Source: Rhodospirillaceae bacterium (GTDB lineage: Bacteria; Pseudomonadota; Alphaproteobacteria; Azospirillales; Azospirillaceae). Taken from it: a DNA stretch of 60,588 nucleotides. Below are positions 58,146 to 60,588 of the stretch, piece after piece (position 1 is the first letter of the stretch; each line of letters opens with the position of its first letter). The stretch covers positions 1 through 60,588 of the forward strand of contig JBAXKX010000001.1 in the NCBI GenBank assembly GCA_037135115.1. Direction: 5' to 3'. The translations under genes were made by a program, and so were the position numbers. The notes below the pieces were generated by a model. That model worked only from the letters and a program-made list of their open reading frames with translations. It did not search any database and had not been told where the DNA came from.

Positions 58146-58231
58146 GGCGACCCCAGCTCAGCGTTGCGTTAACCGCGCAGTCACAAACGTATCACCAGAA
58201 ATGCGCCGATGCGCGGATTGAAACATAGCAT

Positions 58232-59440
58232 TCACATTCCGCTGATTTCAGCTTGCATCGCCCCTGCCGCCTTGATTGCTTGAAGTAATGTAATCATGTC
58301 GCGGGGGCCGACCCCAAGGGCATTCAAATTTTGGACGACCTCACCAAGACTGATGCCCGATGGCATGACAGCCAGCCGTCTATCACCAGAGGTGTCAGCC
58401 TGAATGTCAGACCGTTGCACAGTAACAGTTGATACTCCGCCGGCATTGTTGACATTCGTGCCGGTATTATTACTGTTGCTTGTAATCGCAGCGTTGGCAT
58501 TTCCGGTAAATGAGTTTGGTTGGGAGACCTGAGGTGTTTCCGTTATGCGAACAGTTAGGGTTCCCAATGAAACTGCCACGGTGCTAATGCGTACATTTTC
58601 CCCCATGACAATGGCGCCAGTCCGCTCATCTATTACTACCTTGGCGCGGAGGTCTGGTTCTATCAAAATATTTTCGATATCAGTTAATAATTCGATATTT
58701 TCGCCATACCGTTCCTTTGGTATATTCACAAGGACTGTGGACGGGTCGGCAACCTGGGTCACGTTCTGCTTAAGCTCACGGTTGATGGCCTGGGCTATGC
58801 GACGTGCGGTAGTGAAATCCGGGTTTCGCAACGAAAGACGAATGATCGGCAACTCAGCCAAGGCAAATGCAATTTCACGTTCGACCACGGCACCCGCTGC
58901 AATCCGGCCGGATGTCGGCACACCAACCGTCACATTGCCCTCTGATTTCCCTGTGGCACTGTAGCCGGCGATCGAAACCGACCCCTGGGCCACCGCGTAT
59001 ACCTCCCCATCCGCAGCAACGAGGGGTGTAACCAGGAGCACGCCGCCAAGAAGACTTTTGGCATTTACCAATGAGGCCACGGATACATCAATGCGCGTCC
59101 CTTGACCAGCGAATGGCGGCAGTGTGGCAGTCACCATCACGGCGGCAGTGTTTGGAGGGTCTATATTCACTCCCTTCAGGTTCAGCCCCATTCTTTCTAG
59201 CATATTCCTGGCGGTGGCGCTCTGGATCGGCGAGCGATTGTCTCCCGTACCATTCAGGCCGACGACTAAGCCGTAGCCAACCAAGGGGTTGTCACGAATA
59301 CCCTCGATATCCACGATGTCTTTGAGGCGCACAGCAGCATCCGCTATGGAGGACGGAAGGCCAACCACGCAAAGCACAGTCAGCACAGTAAGGACAGTCA
59401 GCGAAACTGAACGTCTGTGACGACCGGCGGGCTGAAGCAT
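58232..59440 (-). CDS. flgI: flagellar P-ring protein FlgI
   Basis: RLKDIVDIEGIRDNPLVGYGLVVGLNGTGD ... VVIDERTGAIVMGENVRISTVAV ... LQAIKAAGAMQAEI. Confidence 0.93.
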   Translation of the reverse strand: MLQPAGRHRRSVSLTVLTVLTVLCVVGLPSSIADAAVRLKDIVDIEGIRDNPLVGYGLVVGLNGTGDNRSPIQSATARNMLERMGLNLKGVNIDPPNTAAVMVTATLPPFAGQGTRIDVSVASLVNAKSLLGGVLLVTPLVAADGEVYAVAQGSVSIAGYSATGKSEGNVTVGVPTSGRIAAGAVVEREIAFALAELPIIRLSLRNPDFTTARRIAQAINRELKQNVTQVADPSTVLVNIPKERYGENIELLTDIENILIEPDLRAKVVIDERTGAIVMGENVRISTVAVSLGTLTVRITETPQVSQPNSFTGNANAAITSNSNNTGTNVNNAGGVSTVTVQRSDIQADTSGDRRLAVMPSGISLGEVVQNLNALGVGPRDMITLLQAIKAAGAMQAEISGM

Positions 59441-59769
59441 TCTTAGGGCGGCGGCCGCCCAGTTGACATCACTCAGGACCTGTGACCTATAAGTTATTTG
59501 CAGCGTTCCACGCTAACCTGTCCCAAGGCCGTAAAAAACCTAGGCACAGACAATAAAACCTAAGAGCCCATGCAGGCTCCGAAAAGCATGGAAAACACCT
59601 CCCCATCTTCCAACACTAGGCAACTTTAACCCTGCGACCTGCTTGGCGCAATGGTCTATGCACGGCTGATGCCAACTGGTCAAGCATCAGCCTCGCAGCC
59701 TTTATCGTATCGCGATTCGCATTATGTCGTGGTTTGGTTATAACGGCCTTGTGCGTTCAATGGCCAAGA

Positions 59770-60588
59770 TTAACGGTGCCGGGCGGCCATCGTCTTCATT
59801 AGTAGGCCTGAAACTAGGTTGCGCAGGGTTTGGGCAGTAAACGGTTTAGTAATATACTCGTCCATTCCTGCGGTAAGTGCATCCTCGCGGCTGCCGGCGA
59901 CAGCGTCGGCTGTAATGGCAATAATCGCTACAGTTGAAAACGGTACCGGCAAGCTACGGATTTTACTTGCGGCGGCATAGCCGTCTATGTCCGGCATACG
60001 AATATCCATCATAATGGCATCGTACCAATGCGCGCTCGCTTTCGCCACGGCTTCCCCACCGCTGGCGGCAAAGTCAGTGCTATAACCGGCATCGCGCAGG
60101 ATGGTCGAAATCACATGCTGATTTACCGGGTTGTCGTCGGCGACCAGGATGTGAGGAGCTTTACCAAGCTTTCCACCCTTCAGCGAGGCGCTGTGGTCAA
60201 TGAGCAAAGGGTCGGAGTACCGTTCATGCTGGATTGAGCGACAGGGGACGACGAACCAAAAGGTGCTGCCCGTTCCCGGTGTGCTCAACACACCAATTTC
60301 GCCGCCCATCAGTTCGCACAACTCCTTGCTGATAGCGAGACCGAGACCTACTCCGCCATATTTGCGTGACAAACTGTTATCAACTTGCATGAATCGAGTA
60401 AACAACCGTGGTAATGCTTCGGCGGAAATGCCGATGCCGGTATCGGTCACTGCCATACGCAACAGTCCACCGCTATCTGTTTCATTCGGGCGGTACGAGG
60501 CCGTGATTACTACTCCACCGGTATCCGTGAACTTGACCGCATTGGCGATTAAGTTAAACAGCATCTGGCGTATCCGGGCGGCATCGAT
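59770..60588 (-). CDS. hybrid sensor histidine kinase (HATPase + receiver), 5'-truncated by the window edge
   Basis: The reading frame stays open to position 60588 (IDAARIRQMLFNLIANAVKFT). Motifs DTGIGI and GGVGLGLAISKEL, then REC: ILVADDNPVNQ ... IMMDIRMPDIDG ... ITKP. Confidence 0.9.
   Translation of the reverse strand: MDAARIRQMLFNLIANAVKFTDTGGVVITASYRPNETDSGGLLRMAVTDTGIGISAEALPRLFTRFMQVDNSLSRKYGGVGLGLAISKELCELMGGEIGVLSTPGTGSTFWFVVPCRSIQHERYSDPLLIDHSASLKGGKLGKAPHILVADDNPVNQHVISTILRDAGYSTDFAASGGEAVAKASAHWYDAIMMDIRMPDIDGYAAASKIRSLPVPFSTVAIIAITADAVAGSREDALTAGMDEYITKPFTAQTLRNLVSGLLMKTMAARHR

Noticed and set aside
59441-59560. A sigma-54 (-24/-12) promoter upstream of flgI (TGGGAC...AGC and GGAAC...TGC on the minus strand).
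   Set aside because: The GG-to-GC spacing is off by one or more nucleotides in every register I tried. It would need a position-weight-matrix scan and 5' mapping.

Overview
This is a 60.6-kb, high-GC chromosomal segment, roughly 60% GC by eye with several clearly AT-richer islets. I found no rRNA, tRNA, CRISPR array, transposase or integrase.

Gene content and order look alphaproteobacterial, probably Rhodospirillales-like. This is an inference from synteny: clpS-clpA, DUF4164-zapA-6S-ygfA, rpsU with a divergent def/COQ9-like pair, DUF1015-serB, infA-maf-rng, and HAD-asmA-ATP12.

The right ~42 kb (18.2-60.6 kb) is mostly core housekeeping:
- clpA/clpS, cobU, zapA, rpsD, leuA, mreBCD-mrdA and ilvD
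- rpsU, def, miaA, serB, infA, maf, rng and flgI
- Interspersed envelope genes of unknown function, including a PstS-like orphan binding protein and a four-gene LpoB-like/YcfL/COG3014-like lipoprotein module
- c-di-GMP and cNMP-related proteins: an HD-GYP protein and an MscS-cNMP channel

The left ~18 kb is accessory-looking and holds four blocks:
- The edge of a surface-polysaccharide locus: a truncated split-transketolase fragment carrying a G10 tract, an initiating sugar transferase and a c-type cytochrome.
- A translationally coupled four-gene operon: a secreted Ala-rich 15-mer-repeat protein, a kinase-fold protein, a methyltransferase and a GT4-methyltransferase fusion.
- A signalling island: an orphan LapG-like BTLCP protease, a degenerate stand-alone HATPase domain, a STAS-like protein, a CHASE4 histidine kinase, a REC-PAS-GGDEF-EAL regulator and a very AT-rich LuxR-type regulator preceded by a G12 tract.
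- A cluster with no described function. It has two secreted, cysteine-less FGE/SUMF1-fold paralogues bracketing an unannotated 46-aa glycine-zipper lipoprotein and a small 2-TM protein, with a convergent Tyr/Pro-His/Gly-repeat lipoprotein at the end.

I consider the last cluster and the signalling island the best candidates for an undescribed system.

A 6S RNA candidate sits in the classical zapA-ygfA gap. Many in-frame tandem repeats occur inside coding regions.

All calls rest on motif recognition by eye. No database search was run.
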